Shown: piece by piece, positions 21,085 through 33,202 of the stretch
Position numbering within the stretch: position 1 is the first letter of the stretch
Layout: every line of letters starts with the position of its first letter
From: Edaphocola sp.
Lineage (GTDB): Bacteria > Bacteroidota > Bacteroidia > Chitinophagales > Chitinophagaceae
Reading direction: 5' to 3'
NCBI GenBank assembly: GCA_047605615.1
Contig: JASGFI010000001.1
Location: 486 to 64,485 of the forward strand
Length of the DNA: 64,000 bases
Position numbers and translations under genes: made by a program
The notes under the pieces: generated by a model
Seen by the model: only the letters and a program-made list of their open reading frames with translations
Databases searched by the model: none
What the model was told of the DNA's origin: nothing

Positions 21085-22113
21085 ATGGAACCATCGCACA
21101 TACGCCCCGGCAACAATCCCAACAGCAACGAAAAAGAGTACGAGAACAGCATAAGGCCGCAGTCCATCGAAGATTTTGCGGGGCAGCCGCAATTGATAGA
21201 GAACCTGCGCATCTTCATCAAAGCGGCCAACCTGCGCGGCGAAGCGTTGGATCATGTACTGTTTCACGGCCCCCCCGGTTTGGGCAAGACCACCCTTTCG
21301 CGCATAGTGGCCAACGAACTGGGCGTAGCCATCAAGGAAACCAGCGGCCCCGTGCTCGAAAAACCCGGCGACCTGGCCGGCCTGCTTACCAACCTCGAAA
21401 ACCGCGATGTACTCTTCATAGACGAGATACACAGGTTGAGCGTGGTGGTGGAAGAATACCTCTACTCGGCCATGGAAGATTACAAGATAGACCTGATGAT
21501 AGAAAGCGGCGCCAACGCCCGCAGCATACAGATAGCGCTCAACCCCTTTACGCTCATAGGCGCAACAACACGGTCCGGCTTGCTTACCTCGCCGCTGTTG
21601 TCGCGCTTCGGCATAAAGTCGCGGCTCGATTATTATCCGCACGAAGTGTTGCAACGCATAGTGCAGCGTGCGGCCGGGTTGCTCAACGTAAAAATAACCT
21701 CCGGTGCCGCCGGCGAAATAGCCCGCCGCAGCCGGGGCACCCCCCGCATAGCCAATGGCCTGCTGCGCCGCATGCGCGATTTTGCACAAGTACTGGGCAA
21801 CGGCACCATAGACCTCGGCATTACCGAACACAGCCTAAAAGCCTTGAACGTAGATGCCAGCGGCCTGGACGACATGGACAACCGCATACTATCCACCCTT
21901 ATAGAAAAATTCAAGGGCGGCCCCGTGGGCATCAGCAACATAGCCACGGCCGTGGGCGAAGAGGCCGGCACCATAGAAGAAGTGTACGAACCTTTCCTGA
22001 TACAGGAAGGCTACATAGTGCGCACCCCCCGCGGCCGCGAAGCCACTGCCAAGGCTTACCAGCATTTGGGCAAAGACACCGGCCCGCACGGGGCGGCGAG
22101 GGTATTGTTTTAG
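21085..22113 (+). CDS. ruvB: Holliday junction branch migration helicase RuvB
   Basis: [40 protein letters not shown]. Confidence 0.99.
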   Translation: MEPSHIRPGNNPNSNEKEYENSIRPQSIEDFAGQPQLIENLRIFIKAANLRGEALDHVLFHGPPGLGKTTLSRIVANELGVAIKETSGPVLEKPGDLAGLLTNLENRDVLFIDEIHRLSVVVEEYLYSAMEDYKIDLMIESGANARSIQIALNPFTLIGATTRSGLLTSPLLSRFGIKSRLDYYPHEVLQRIVQRAAGLLNVKITSGAAGEIARRSRGTPRIANGLLRRMRDFAQVLGNGTIDLGITEHSLKALNVDASGLDDMDNRILSTLIEKFKGGPVGISNIATAVGEEAGTIEEVYEPFLIQEGYIVRTPRGREATAKAYQHLGKDTGPHGAARVLF

Positions 22114-22186
22114 TATCTTGATTTGGGGCAATGCGCCTTTTGCCCTTATCCTGCCAAGTTCAAATTTGGCCTTGGTTGCCGCCGCA

Positions 22187-24424
22187 CTATTGCGTTTGCT
22201 TTACGAACCGTGCTTGGTAATCTTTGTCGTTGTTGCTGATTTTGACGAAATAATGGCCGGGCAAGAGGTTGGGCAAATACTTGTTCAGCTTTTGGTTGAT
22301 ACCGGCCAAATCTCCTTTCAACTGCAACAACAACTGCCCCTTCACATCGAACAAGTACAATACGCTGCTGCCTTTGGCATCGGGCAAAGTAAGCGTTATC
22401 GTATTGCTGACCGGGTTGGGGTGCAACAGCAATTTTCCTCCGCCGTAGTCCTTTGCATTATTTCCAATACCGGTAGGGGTTGTTGTGGTGTCGTCTATTA
22501 TAATGGTAGAAGTATCTACCGGCGACAACACCGATATATTGGGCAATGGGGGCATGGTCATGCTGTCGCCCAAATAAAATGAGGGGTGCGGTGGTTGGTT
22601 GTAACCTACATTTTGCCAAGCCACCGCTTCCCTGTATTGGCTGTCGTGCATCAACGTAAAAAGCCTCGTGTCCGTAAGGGCCGTGGTGGTAAATAACATC
22701 AGTGCCGAGTCGTTGTTTTTCCTGAACAAGACTTCCTCCCGCCAATCCCCATAAAGGTCTGCCGTCAAGCACGGTGTGGCTTTGGTGGAATTGTTGGACG
22801 CTGCACCCAGGTTGCTGGCCTCGAGCAGTACGTTGGTATTGTTGTTGGTCAGGTGGTTCCACTTGCTGAGTTTTGTGTCGCTGAGCATTTCCCTGAGCAA
22901 ATCGCCGTCCCACCAGATAGCAAAATTGATGGACGAAGGTTTGGACGTGGATATTTGTACGCCGGTACAGCTGTACAGGCCGCCCCTTGCGCTCCATGCC
23001 TCGTAGCCCTTGTAGCGGGGGTCTATGTCTGCGGCTATGCCCCTGCCGTTGTCGCCGTTGTTGGGGCCGGGGCCGCCCCACAATACTTGGCCGGTGGCCG
23101 CATCGCGCATTTCGTGCGCATAGTCGCCGTACTGCGATTCCGATTCGTGCGGCATGAACACCTCCAGGCCCGGCCGGTCGGGGTTCATGTCCGATACGTG
23201 CAGGGCGTCGCCGTGCCCTATTCCCGTGGAATATAAACCCGTGCCATCGTGGTCTATGGCGGCTGCACCATAGGTTATCTCATCGAAGCCATCGCCGTCC
23301 ACGTCGGCAATGCTCAGGCTGTGCGCCCCTTGGCCCCGATAAGCGTTATAGGTATCATTGGCATTGCCCAAGGTATCGAAATTGGTGTCGAATACCCAGC
23401 GTCGGCTCAGTTGCGTACCGTTCCAATCCCATGCGGTGACGACGGCCCTGGTGTAATACCCCCTTGACATTATCAAACTTGGATGCACCCCGTCCAGGTA
23501 GGCAACGCCCGCCAGAAAACGGTCTATCCTATTTCCGTAATTATCGCCCCAGATGGTGTTTATCTGTGCGGTAGTGGGCGTGTCGCCATATACGGGATGC
23601 CGCCTTGGCCAAAAGGTGACACTATTCATCGCTGCGCCGGTTTCGCCATTGAAAATGGTCAACCATTCGGGTCCTTTCAAGATGCGCCCGCTGGTGTTCC
23701 TGTAATCTATTACCGAGTCGCCGATTACCATACCATTGCCGTCCCTGGTACCGTCCGCTGTCCGGCAGGCCACTTCCGCCTTGCCGTCGCAGTCGAGGTC
23801 GTAGGCAATGAATTGTGTGTAATGGGCACCCGCCCGAATATTTTTGCCCAAGTCTATCCGCCACATCAGCGTACCGTCCAATTTGTAGGCATCCAGCAGC
23901 ACGTTGCCCGTATAGCCCGATTCCGAGTTGTCGTGGGCGTTGGACGGGTTCCATTTCAGGATTATTTCATACACCCCGTCGCCGTCCAAATCGGCTACCG
24001 AACAGTCGTTGATGCTATATGTATAGGTTTCGTTGGAGGGCGAGGTGCCGCCCTGCGGCCTCTGTACCGGTATTTCCTTGAAATTATTTTCCCAAACCAA
24101 TGCCGTATCGGCCGAATAGTAGGATTCGTTGCCGTTCAATATCCTGCGCACCACATAGGTGTCGCTGGTGCTGCCTTGGCTGTCTATGTAGTTGGTGGCG
24201 CCGGTTATGGGTTGGGCGTTGATGACGTTGCCGTTCCTCAATATGTTGAAGGAAACATTGCCGGTGTCGGTACCTAAGAAACGCCAACTCAGGAAAACCG
24301 TGTTGCTGTCCGTCTTGACGGCCACCAGCGAACGGGTAAGGTATTCCATCTTGCGTTGCGCCGCGGCGTTATAAACCACGCAAGCATTAATTGCAATGAG
24401 CATCAATACCCTCAAAATGCTCAT
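22187..24424 (-). CDS. Rhamnogalacturonan lyase (PL11, YesW/YesX-like) with T9SS C-terminal domain
   Basis: NIRAGAHYTQF, RGYYTR, GQGAHSL, GHGDALH, NSTKATPCL, YNQPPHPSFYLG; CTD LHPNPVS...YFVKI. Confidence 0.93.
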   Translation of the reverse strand: MSILRVLMLIAINACVVYNAAAQRKMEYLTRSLVAVKTDSNTVFLSWRFLGTDTGNVSFNILRNGNVINAQPITGATNYIDSQGSTSDTYVVRRILNGNESYYSADTALVWENNFKEIPVQRPQGGTSPSNETYTYSINDCSVADLDGDGVYEIILKWNPSNAHDNSESGYTGNVLLDAYKLDGTLMWRIDLGKNIRAGAHYTQFIAYDLDCDGKAEVACRTADGTRDGNGMVIGDSVIDYRNTSGRILKGPEWLTIFNGETGAAMNSVTFWPRRHPVYGDTPTTAQINTIWGDNYGNRIDRFLAGVAYLDGVHPSLIMSRGYYTRAVVTAWDWNGTQLSRRWVFDTNFDTLGNANDTYNAYRGQGAHSLSIADVDGDGFDEITYGAAAIDHDGTGLYSTGIGHGDALHVSDMNPDRPGLEVFMPHESESQYGDYAHEMRDAATGQVLWGGPGPNNGDNGRGIAADIDPRYKGYEAWSARGGLYSCTGVQISTSKPSSINFAIWWDGDLLREMLSDTKLSKWNHLTNNNTNVLLEASNLGAASNNSTKATPCLTADLYGDWREEVLFRKNNDSALMLFTTTALTDTRLFTLMHDSQYREAVAWQNVGYNQPPHPSFYLGDSMTMPPLPNISVLSPVDTSTIIIDDTTTTPTGIGNNAKDYGGGKLLLHPNPVSNTITLTLPDAKGSSVLYLFDVKGQLLLQLKGDLAGINQKLNKYLPNLLPGHYFVKISNNDKDYQARFVKQTQ

Positions 24425-24724
24425 TTTTCCCTTGGCGATTTCAATAAAATGTTTGGTAGATTTTGGTACCATAGCGTTTGTTTCATTTTACCCAAAAATA
24501 AGGAAGTACACACTTTGTTGATTAAAATTAACCCAACAAACCCGACAATAAATACGCAATCGTTCCCGAAAAGGATGCCGATGTTGGAAGTTGCCGCGTC
24601 GGCCGGGAAAAGGTTTCCAGAAAAAAACCGGACTCTGTTGACGAATCCGGTCGTAACATTATGGACACACTACATGGGCCAACAACGGCACAAATTATTG
24701 GCGGCGGCGTGTCCGTCCAGAAAG

Positions 24725-25060
24725 CTAAAGGTGCTTGGCTATATCTGCTGCATCTATGGCATGGTGCGAAGAGGAATAGACGGCTTTTTTGTCTTTCAGG
24801 ACAATGATTTGCGGCGATTGGTGGGTAACTTGTAGTTCTTGGGCTATCAACTGCGATACGGCACGAAAAGACAACAAATCCAAATAATTGAACGCCGCTT
24901 TTCCTGCTATTTTATCATATCCTTCTTCCAACCGGGCTTTGGCGTGGGCGCTTATGCCGCAAGTGGTGCTGTCTTTAAAAATTACCTGCGGTTGGGTTAC
25001 GGAATCTTCGATTATTTTATAAAAATCGGCTGCCGAACCAATGTTTTTCCACTGTTTCAT
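24725..25060 (-). CDS. ytxJ: YtxJ / DUF2847 monothiol bacilliredoxin-like protein
   Basis: FK.STTCGISA and VTHQSPQII motifs. Confidence 0.85.
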   Translation of the reverse strand: MKQWKNIGSAADFYKIIEDSVTQPQVIFKDSTTCGISAHAKARLEEGYDKIAGKAAFNYLDLLSFRAVSQLIAQELQVTHQSPQIIVLKDKKAVYSSSHHAIDAADIAKHL

Positions 25061-25231
25061 CTGTCATTATTTATGGTTGTTCACCATGCAAATTTACCGA
25101 CATGAAACGGAAAAGCAAATGGTGTGGGCAATAGCGCAACACGTAAAACAGCCTTGCCGAACCTTGGTCAATTATTGGCCTGTCTTGGGTGCAAAGATGC
25201 AAGTAAGGCAATCACGCCGGGCGCGTTTCCC

Positions 25232-26797
25232 CTAAACATTTTCTATCACCCTATGCTTGTCGCTGCCCAAGTACTTTTGGCGTATCACGTCCTGAACCGG
25301 CACCCCCTGCAGCTTGCTTTCCAACCAAGAGGTGATGTCCAAATAAGAAAAGGCACGGGTCTCGAACTTGTCGCCGCTATGGCTCCTCAGCTTTTGCAAC
25401 AAGGTTTGCAAGGCGTTGCGGCCGGCTACTTGCTGCGTGCGCAATTGTTGTTTCAAAAAAGAAAACACCTCTTCCTCCACCACGCTGAGGCTGGCCATGC
25501 GTGCCATCATTTTATACACCGACCGCGAAAGATATTCGAGCAAATCGTAATTGCCCAATTCGTAGTGCGCTATGAGGTGCAAGAGCCGCGCATAGCATTG
25601 CAAATCCAAACGCAAGTCGGTTTTCCAGTTTATGATTTTGTTCAGGTATCCTATGGCCATTTCATTGTCGCCGCTGCCAAAGTACAAACACGCTATCTTG
25701 TAATGGAATATCAAGGTACGGTGCACGTCGAAATGCAATCTGTAGCGCAACAATTGTTCCTCTATGAACGGCACCAGTTGCAAACCTTCGCTAAACGTGC
25801 CTTCCAGGAAATGCCTGTTTATCTTGGCCGTATATAAATAAATGAACGAGGGCACACCGAAGCCTTCATTTTTCCGAACCGCATCGCAGGCATCGAACAG
25901 TTCCATGTCGTGTATGGTCTCGCTCAGCCTACGTGCATTGCGCAGGTAAAAATGCGCCGTAGCAAGGTTGTGCAAGCCTTTGATGTAATGCGACACCTCT
26001 ACCTGCTTCATTTGCGGGTTGCGGTCAAACAGGGCTACCCAGTTGTTGACATGTTTGTAATATTTAAAGAAATCCTGCAAGATAAACTTCAGCCAACAAT
26101 AGCTTTGGTGGTAATACAGCTCCTGGTAAAAGCCATGCAACTGCTCGCCGCCCGCGGGAAAATTATCGTCAAAAAACGTTCTCAACTGTTGCGCGTCTTC
26201 TTCGTTGCGCGCGTGGCCGTGCGTTATGTACCAACTGTACAATTGCAGGGAAAGATTGGACAAACCATTTACTATGGTCAATTGCTTGCGCACTTCGTTG
26301 GCCGCCGATGCCAGCTCTTCGGCCCTGCCCTGCATACTGCGGGTTATGTGCAAGCCTTCTATGTCTTTTTCAAATGCCAGGACTTGCTGCAAATAGCTTA
26401 ACTGGTGGTAGCTCCCGGCAAAATCCTTGAGTTTGTCGAGCATGCGCAAACTCTGCACGTACAAGCCCTTGCCGTAAAGTATGCGGGCAAAATCCATCAT
26501 TTCGTGCATCTTGCCTTCTATGTCGGTATCGTCGCGGAGCAAGCGCAAGCTGGACAAAATATCGTTGGTAAGCCTTGCCTTGATGTTCAACAACTGCTGC
26601 TTGGGCATATTGCCCAACTTGTGCAATATTTTTTCTTCGTCATAGTGTTGCATCTTGTCCATTATGTCGAAAAGCGTAACCGTGCGCAGCCCTTCCCGCC
26701 GCGAATTGCGGGTCACGTACAGCTTGAAATTCTTCTTTTCCGTCTTGGAAAGCGACTGTATCAGCAACAATAAAGAGTCCGAAGGCTTGTTAAACAT
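25232..26797 (-). CDS. Conserved Bacteroidota helical/TPR-like hypothetical protein
   Basis: LLIQSLSKTEKKNFKLY N-terminus and helical repeats; divergent from leuA. Confidence 0.85.
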   Translation of the reverse strand: MFNKPSDSLLLLIQSLSKTEKKNFKLYVTRNSRREGLRTVTLFDIMDKMQHYDEEKILHKLGNMPKQQLLNIKARLTNDILSSLRLLRDDTDIEGKMHEMMDFARILYGKGLYVQSLRMLDKLKDFAGSYHQLSYLQQVLAFEKDIEGLHITRSMQGRAEELASAANEVRKQLTIVNGLSNLSLQLYSWYITHGHARNEEDAQQLRTFFDDNFPAGGEQLHGFYQELYYHQSYCWLKFILQDFFKYYKHVNNWVALFDRNPQMKQVEVSHYIKGLHNLATAHFYLRNARRLSETIHDMELFDACDAVRKNEGFGVPSFIYLYTAKINRHFLEGTFSEGLQLVPFIEEQLLRYRLHFDVHRTLIFHYKIACLYFGSGDNEMAIGYLNKIINWKTDLRLDLQCYARLLHLIAHYELGNYDLLEYLSRSVYKMMARMASLSVVEEEVFSFLKQQLRTQQVAGRNALQTLLQKLRSHSGDKFETRAFSYLDITSWLESKLQGVPVQDVIRQKYLGSDKHRVIENV

Positions 26798-27001
26798 GGT
26801 ATTGAAAATTCTTTGAAACCCTTTACGGTAAGTATTTCCAGCATAAAGATACCACTTTAAAAGTGATTTGGGTCGAGAAAAATAGTTTTGCCGGACGCAG
26901 CGCGACCAAATACATTTACAAACCTTTTGGTGTTATAAACGAAACAACGCAGGGGAAACAATTCATCAGTCGGGAGATTGAGAAGAAAAAAGCAAACAAC
27001 T

Positions 27002-28156
27002 ATGTCGGAAAGAAAAGTCTTGATATTCGATACCACCCTGCGCGACGGAGAGCAAGTGCCCGGTTGCAAGTTGAACACCAAGGAAAAGATAGGGATAGCC
27101 TTGCAATTGGAAGCATTGGGCGTGGACATAATGGAGGTAGGCTTCCCCATATCCTCGCCCGGCGATTTCGAAAGCGTAGCGCAAATAGCCGCAATAATCA
27201 AAAACGCCACCGTATGCGCCCTGAGCCGAGCGGTACAAAAGGATATAGAAGTGGCCGCGGCCGCGGTAAAAAATGCGGCCCGTCCGCGTATCCATACCGG
27301 CATAGGCACATCCGACAGCCACATTGTTTCCAAATTCAAGTCGAACAGGGAAGATGTATTGGCCAGGGCGGTGCAATGCGTGAAATGGGCGCGCAATTAT
27401 ACCGACGACGTAGAGTTTTATGCCGAAGATGCGGGCCGCACCGACAATGACTATCTGGCAAAAGTAATAGAAGCCGTAATAGCCGCCGGGGCCGCCACCG
27501 TCAATATTCCCGACACAACGGGTTATTGCCTTCCGCACCAATACGGCGAAAAGATTGCCTACCTGAAAAACCATGTCCCCAATATCGACAAAGCGGTAAT
27601 AGCTACCCATTGCCACAACGATTTGGGACTGGCCACCGCCAACAGTATTTCGGGCGTTATCAACGGTGCGGGCCAAATAGAATGTACCATAAACGGCATA
27701 GGCGAACGCGCCGGCAATGCGGCTCTGGAAGAGGTAGTAATGGTGATGCAGCAGCACAAGCACTTGGGGCTATATACCCACGTCAACGCAAGGCTACTGA
27801 ACCCCATCAGTTCGTTCGTATCGGAAACCATGCGCATGGCCGTGCAACCCAACAAGGCCATAGTGGGCGCCAATGCTTTTGCACATTCTTCGGGCATACA
27901 CCAAGACGGCTTTTTGAAAGATGCCGCCACCTACGAAATAATAGCCCCCGAAGAAGTGGGCGCCTTGGGGTCGCAAATAGTGCTTACCGCACGCAGCGGC
28001 CGTTCGGCATTGGCCTACCGTATGTTGAAATTGGGCTACGGCTACGACCGCGACGGCATTGACGTACTCTACGAAAGATTTTTGGAAGTGGCCGACAATA
28101 AAAAAGAAATAACCGACGAAGACCTGCACCAACTGGCAGAAATGGTGGTAGCATGA
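27002..28156 (+). CDS. leuA: 2-isopropylmalate synthase (short form without regulatory domain)
   Basis: [35 protein letters not shown]. Confidence 0.97.
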   Translation: MSERKVLIFDTTLRDGEQVPGCKLNTKEKIGIALQLEALGVDIMEVGFPISSPGDFESVAQIAAIIKNATVCALSRAVQKDIEVAAAAVKNAARPRIHTGIGTSDSHIVSKFKSNREDVLARAVQCVKWARNYTDDVEFYAEDAGRTDNDYLAKVIEAVIAAGAATVNIPDTTGYCLPHQYGEKIAYLKNHVPNIDKAVIATHCHNDLGLATANSISGVINGAGQIECTINGIGERAGNAALEEVVMVMQQHKHLGLYTHVNARLLNPISSFVSETMRMAVQPNKAIVGANAFAHSSGIHQDGFLKDAATYEIIAPEEVGALGSQIVLTARSGRSALAYRMLKLGYGYDRDGIDVLYERFLEVADNKKEITDEDLHQLAEMVVA

Positions 28157-29580
28157 TGCAGGATTTAATTTTTGAAGAAGCACCAAATATGGGAAAGACA
28201 CTATTTGAGAAAATCTGGGAAAAACACATTGTCAAGTCCATGGACAATGGGCCTTCGGTATTGTATATCGACAGGCATTTCATACACGAAGTCACCTCCC
28301 CGCAAGCATTCCAATCGTTGGAGCAACGCGGTGTGCCGGTATTTAGGCCAAAGCAGGTAATAGCCACTGCCGACCATAATATTCCTACCGAAAACCAACA
28401 TTTGCCTATCAAGGACCAATTGTCGGCCACGCAGGTAAAACAACTGATAGGGAATTGCCGCAAACACGGGATAGAACTCTATGGCATTGGCCATCCATTC
28501 AACGGAATAGTACACGTCATAGGCCCGGAACTGGGCATTACCCAACCCGGCATGACCATGGTATGCGGCGATAGCCACACCAGCACACACGGTGCATTTG
28601 GCAGCATAGCCTTTGGCATTGGCACCAGCGAAGTGGAAATGGTATTGGCTACGCAATGCCTCTTGCAATCCAAGCCCAAGCTGATGCGCATCAACATCAA
28701 CGGTACATTGAAAAATGGCGTACTGTCCAAAGACATCATACTCTATATTATTTCCAAGCTGTCGGCCAACGGAGCTACCGGCTATTTTGTGGAGTTTGCC
28801 GGCAGCACCATACGCGGCCTGTCCATGGAATCGCGCATGACCATTTGCAACATGAGCATAGAAATGGGTGCCCGTGGCGGCCTGATAGCCCCCGACGAAA
28901 CCACCTATGCCTATATAAAAGGCAGGCAATATGCCCCCCGGAACTTTGCCGAAAAAGTAGCCGAATGGCGAAAACTTTACAGTGATACCGATGCAATGTT
29001 CGACAAGGAAATAGATATAGATGCCGCCACCATTCCGCCCATGATTACCTATGGCACCAATCCCGGAATGGGCATAGGCGTAGATGCCCGCATACCAACC
29101 CTGCAAGACATAGAACCGAACGAACAAGCCGGTTATGCCAATGCCCTGAAGTATATGGGCCTCAAAGACGGCAACCGCATAAAAGGTACTAAAGTAGATT
29201 ATGTATTCATCGGCAGTTGCACCAATTCGCGCATTGAAGACCTGCGTGTGGTGGCCAATTTTGTAAAAGGCAAAAAAAAGGCCGAAGACGTAGAGGTGTG
29301 GATAGTGCCGGGCAGCAAGCAAGTGGAAAAGCAAGCCAAAGAAGAAGGATTGGACATAATACTGGAAGAAGCGGGCTTTCGTATGCGCCAACCGGGGTGC
29401 AGCGCATGCCTGGCCATGAACGAAGACAAAATACCTGCCGGAAAATACTGCGTTTCTACCTCCAACAGGAACTTTGAAGGCAGGCAGGGCGTAAACGCCA
29501 GAACCATGTTGGCCAGTCCGCTCACGGCGGCGGCAGCGGCCATAGCAGGTGCAGTAGCCGATGCACGGGAATTGATTTGA
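28153..29580 (+). CDS. leuC: 3-isopropylmalate dehydratase large subunit
   Basis: [34 protein letters not shown]; alternative start at 28189. Confidence 0.98.
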   Translation: MMQDLIFEEAPNMGKTLFEKIWEKHIVKSMDNGPSVLYIDRHFIHEVTSPQAFQSLEQRGVPVFRPKQVIATADHNIPTENQHLPIKDQLSATQVKQLIGNCRKHGIELYGIGHPFNGIVHVIGPELGITQPGMTMVCGDSHTSTHGAFGSIAFGIGTSEVEMVLATQCLLQSKPKLMRININGTLKNGVLSKDIILYIISKLSANGATGYFVEFAGSTIRGLSMESRMTICNMSIEMGARGGLIAPDETTYAYIKGRQYAPRNFAEKVAEWRKLYSDTDAMFDKEIDIDAATIPPMITYGTNPGMGIGVDARIPTLQDIEPNEQAGYANALKYMGLKDGNRIKGTKVDYVFIGSCTNSRIEDLRVVANFVKGKKKAEDVEVWIVPGSKQVEKQAKEEGLDIILEEAGFRMRQPGCSACLAMNEDKIPAGKYCVSTSNRNFEGRQGVNARTMLASPLTAAAAAIAGAVADARELI

Positions 29581-29597
29581 TTATTTGAAAACTTATC

Positions 29598-30191
29598 ATG
29601 AGCAAACACAAATTGACACACGTAGCCGGCACGGCAGTACCCTTGCCAATGGAAAACATAGATACCGACCAGATAATACCGGCACGTTTCCTGAAAGCCA
29701 CCGACCGCATCGGTTTTGGCAAGAACCTATTCAGGGATTGGCGTTACGACAGCAACGACCAACCGATAGAAGGTTTTGTATTGAACAACCCAACTTACGG
29801 CGGCAGCATATTGGTGGCCGGTAAAAATTTTGGTTGTGGCAGCAGCCGCGAACATGCCGCTTGGGCCATCAAAGATTATGGGTTCGACGTAGTGGTGAGC
29901 AGCTTTTTTGCAGACATCTTCCGCAATAACGCGCTGAACAATTTCTTGCTGCCCGTACAAGTAAGCGAATCGTTTTTGACTACGCTTTTCGAGGCCGTAA
30001 AATCAAATCCAAAGTTGACCGTAGAGGTAGATGTGGCAGCCCAAACAATAGCCATACCGGATATGGAAACGGCAGAGCATTTTGACATAAGCGAATACAA
30101 AAAGAATTGCTTGCTGAACGGTTTCGACGATATAGATTACCTTTTGAGCATAAAACCGGAAATAGAACAATTTGAACAAGCCGGCGCATAA
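29598..30191 (+). CDS. leuD: 3-isopropylmalate dehydratase small subunit
   Basis: [24 protein letters not shown]. Confidence 0.98.
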   Translation: MSKHKLTHVAGTAVPLPMENIDTDQIIPARFLKATDRIGFGKNLFRDWRYDSNDQPIEGFVLNNPTYGGSILVAGKNFGCGSSREHAAWAIKDYGFDVVVSSFFADIFRNNALNNFLLPVQVSESFLTTLFEAVKSNPKLTVEVDVAAQTIAIPDMETAEHFDISEYKKNCLLNGFDDIDYLLSIKPEIEQFEQAGA

Positions 30192-30212
30192 ACGAAAAGT
30201 ATAAATTTAAGT

Positions 30213-31328
30213 ATGAAAAAGAAAATAACGGTAATCGAAGGCGACGGCATAGGCCCGGAGGTAACGCAACAAGCCATAGTGGTGCTGAACGCCGTGGCGC
30301 AAACCCGGGGCCATGAATTTGAGTACGATTATTGCATGATGGGCGCTTGCGCCATAGAGGCCACCGGCGAACCCCTGCCCGATGCCACTATCGAAAGTTG
30401 CAACAAGGCCGATGCCGTATTGCTCGGCGCCATAGGCCACCCAAAATACGACAACAATCCATCGGCCAAGGTACGCCCGGAGCAAGGCTTGTTGAAATTA
30501 CGCAAGTCGCTGCAATTATTTGCCAATATTCGTCCGGTAAATATTTTTCCGGCACTGGGTCATTTGTCGCCCTTGAAAGAGGAAAAGCTGCGCCATGTTG
30601 ACTTCATCATTTTCCGCGAGTTGACGGGGGGCATTTATTTTGGCGAGAAAAAAGTGGACGAAGCCAAGACGCTTGCCAGCGACCTCTGCACTTACAGCAA
30701 GGAGGAAATAGAGCGTGTAGCCAAGCTGGCTTTTGAATACGCGCAAATCCGCAACAAACGATTGACCCTTGTGGACAAGGCCAATGTATTGGAAACATCG
30801 AGGCTATGGCGACACGTAGTGCGCGGCATGGAGGCGCAATATCCCGATGTGAAAGTTGACTACATGTTCGTGGACAATGCGGCCATGCAATTGCTCGTCA
30901 ACCCCAAACAATTCGACGTGTTGCTTACCGAAAACATGTTTGGCGACATACTGAGCGACGAAGCAAGTGTATTGAGCGGGTCTTTGGGTTTGTTGCCTTC
31001 GTCTTCCATAGGAACCGGCACCGCATTGTTTGAACCCATACATGGGTCGTACCCGCAGGCCGCGGGCAAAAACATAGCCAACCCCGTAGGCTCCATACTT
31101 TCGTCCGCCATGATGCTCGACCATTTCGGGCTTCACGAAGAAGCCAATGCCGTGAAAGAGGCCGTTCGTTGGGCCATCCAATCAGGCTATGTAACGCAAG
31201 ACATCAATGCCATGCACCATTACACCACCACGCAGGTGGGCATGGTAGTGGCCGACCACGTAACGGGAATCAAGGTGAGCAAATACACCTCCCAAAACCA
31301 AGAATTAGGCCAATCGACCATCATATAA
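30213..31328 (+). CDS. leuB: 3-isopropylmalate dehydrogenase
   Basis: GDGIGPEV, NMFGDILSDEAS, EPIHGSYP. Confidence 0.98.
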   Translation: MKKKITVIEGDGIGPEVTQQAIVVLNAVAQTRGHEFEYDYCMMGACAIEATGEPLPDATIESCNKADAVLLGAIGHPKYDNNPSAKVRPEQGLLKLRKSLQLFANIRPVNIFPALGHLSPLKEEKLRHVDFIIFRELTGGIYFGEKKVDEAKTLASDLCTYSKEEIERVAKLAFEYAQIRNKRLTLVDKANVLETSRLWRHVVRGMEAQYPDVKVDYMFVDNAAMQLLVNPKQFDVLLTENMFGDILSDEASVLSGSLGLLPSSSIGTGTALFEPIHGSYPQAAGKNIANPVGSILSSAMMLDHFGLHEEANAVKEAVRWAIQSGYVTQDINAMHHYTTTQVGMVVADHVTGIKVSKYTSQNQELGQSTII

Positions 31329-31490
31329 ATCGGGGAAAACAGCAAAGGTTATGACGGCTGTATTCAGGGGCACGTTCATTGTCGCCATTGGGCACCTGCG
31401 ACGGTGATGGTACTGCATACCCGCCTCATGTTCGCCAGCAACCAAAGGGCTTTTTCATAAAAAACAACTAACAAACAGCAATATCTGGCA

Positions 31491-33170
31491 GTGAAGATCA
31501 ATAAATATTCGTCGGTATTGACGCAAGACAAAACACAACCTGCGGCGCAGGCCATGCTATACGGCATAGGCCTTACCGATGCGGACATGGACAAAGCACA
31601 GGTAGGCATAGCCAGCATGGGTTACGATGGCAATACCTGCAACATGCACCTGAACGAACTTGCTGCGATAGTGAAAAAAGGCGTTTGGGAAAATGGTTTG
31701 GTCGGCTTGACCTTCCACACCATAGGCGTGAGCGACGGCATGAGCAACGGCACACCCGGCATGCGCTATTCGTTGGTGAGCCGCGACGTGATAGCCGACA
31801 GCATAGAAACAGTATGTGGCGGCCAATATTACGACGGCCTGATAACCATACCCGGCTGCGACAAAAATATGCCCGGCTCCATAATAGCCATGGGCAGGCT
31901 CAACCGGCCATCCATAATGGTGTATGGCGGCACCATAGCACCCGGTCATTACAAGGACGAAGAGTTGAACATAGTTTCGGCTTTTGAGGCTTTGGGCAAA
32001 AAAATAGCGGGCGATTTGAGCGATGAAGATTTCAGGGGCATCATCAAGCATACTTGCCCCGGTGCGGGCGCATGTGGCGGCATGTACACGGCCAATACCA
32101 TGGCATCGGCCATCGAGGCTTTGGGCATGAGCCTACCCTACTCTTCGTCCAACCCTGCCATAAGCAAAGACAAAAAAGCGGAATGTTTGGAGGCCGGGAG
32201 CTACATCAAAATTCTTTTGGAGAAAGATATAAAACCCACCGACATCATGACCCGCAAGGCATTTGAAAACGCACTGAGGGTCATCATCGTACTTGGCGGC
32301 AGCACCAATGCCGTATTGCATTTTATAGCCATCGGCAAAAGCGTAGGCGTGGAAATAACACAAGACGACTTTCAACGCATGAGCGACGTAACGCCTATGC
32401 TTGCCGATTTTAAACCATCGGGCAAATACCTGATGCAAGACCTTCACCAATATGGCGGCATACCTGCCGTAATGAAATACTTGCTGAATGAAGGTTTGCT
32501 GCATGGCGATTGCCTGACCGTTACCGGAAAAACGGTAGCCGAAAACCTGGCAAACGTGACTTCTGTCATGGAAACCGAACAAAAAATCATTCATCCGTTA
32601 AATGCCCCTATCAAAGCTACCGGGCATCTGCGCATCTTGTACGGCAACCTTGCCCAAGGCGGCAGCGTAGCCAAGATTACGGGCAAGGAAGGAGAACGCT
32701 TCGAAGGCCCGGCACGAGTATTCGACGGAGAATTTGATTTGATAAAAGGCATACAAAACGGCAGGGTACAACATGGCGACGTAATCGTAATAAAAAACGA
32801 AGGCCCCAAGGGCGCACCGGGTATGCCGGAAATGCTGAAACCAACATCGGCCTTGATGGGAGCGGGTTTCGGCAAGACGGTGGCACTGATTACCGATGGC
32901 AGGTTTAGCGGCGGCACACATGGATTTGTGGTAGGCCACATAACACCCGAAGCCTACGAGGGCGGCCTGATAGCCTTGGTAGCGGACAACGACATAATAG
33001 AGATTGACGCAATCAACAATACCTTGAATTTAAAAGTGGACGAGGCCGAAATAGCGAGGCGCGAAGCAGCCTATCAACAACCCCAGTTGAAAGTAAGCAA
33101 AGGCGTACTGTACAAATATGCCAAAACCGTATCGAGCGCGGCGGAAGGCTGCGTAACCGATCAATTTTAA
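31491..33170 (+). CDS. ilvD: Dihydroxy-acid dehydratase
   Basis: [45 protein letters not shown]. Confidence 0.98.
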   Translation: MKINKYSSVLTQDKTQPAAQAMLYGIGLTDADMDKAQVGIASMGYDGNTCNMHLNELAAIVKKGVWENGLVGLTFHTIGVSDGMSNGTPGMRYSLVSRDVIADSIETVCGGQYYDGLITIPGCDKNMPGSIIAMGRLNRPSIMVYGGTIAPGHYKDEELNIVSAFEALGKKIAGDLSDEDFRGIIKHTCPGAGACGGMYTANTMASAIEALGMSLPYSSSNPAISKDKKAECLEAGSYIKILLEKDIKPTDIMTRKAFENALRVIIVLGGSTNAVLHFIAIGKSVGVEITQDDFQRMSDVTPMLADFKPSGKYLMQDLHQYGGIPAVMKYLLNEGLLHGDCLTVTGKTVAENLANVTSVMETEQKIIHPLNAPIKATGHLRILYGNLAQGGSVAKITGKEGERFEGPARVFDGEFDLIKGIQNGRVQHGDVIVIKNEGPKGAPGMPEMLKPTSALMGAGFGKTVALITDGRFSGGTHGFVVGHITPEAYEGGLIALVADNDIIEIDAINNTLNLKVDEAEIARREAAYQQPQLKVSKGVLYKYAKTVSSAAEGCVTDQF

Positions 33171-33202
33171 ATAAAAATACTCATCCTTAAATCAAGAGCG
33201 GA

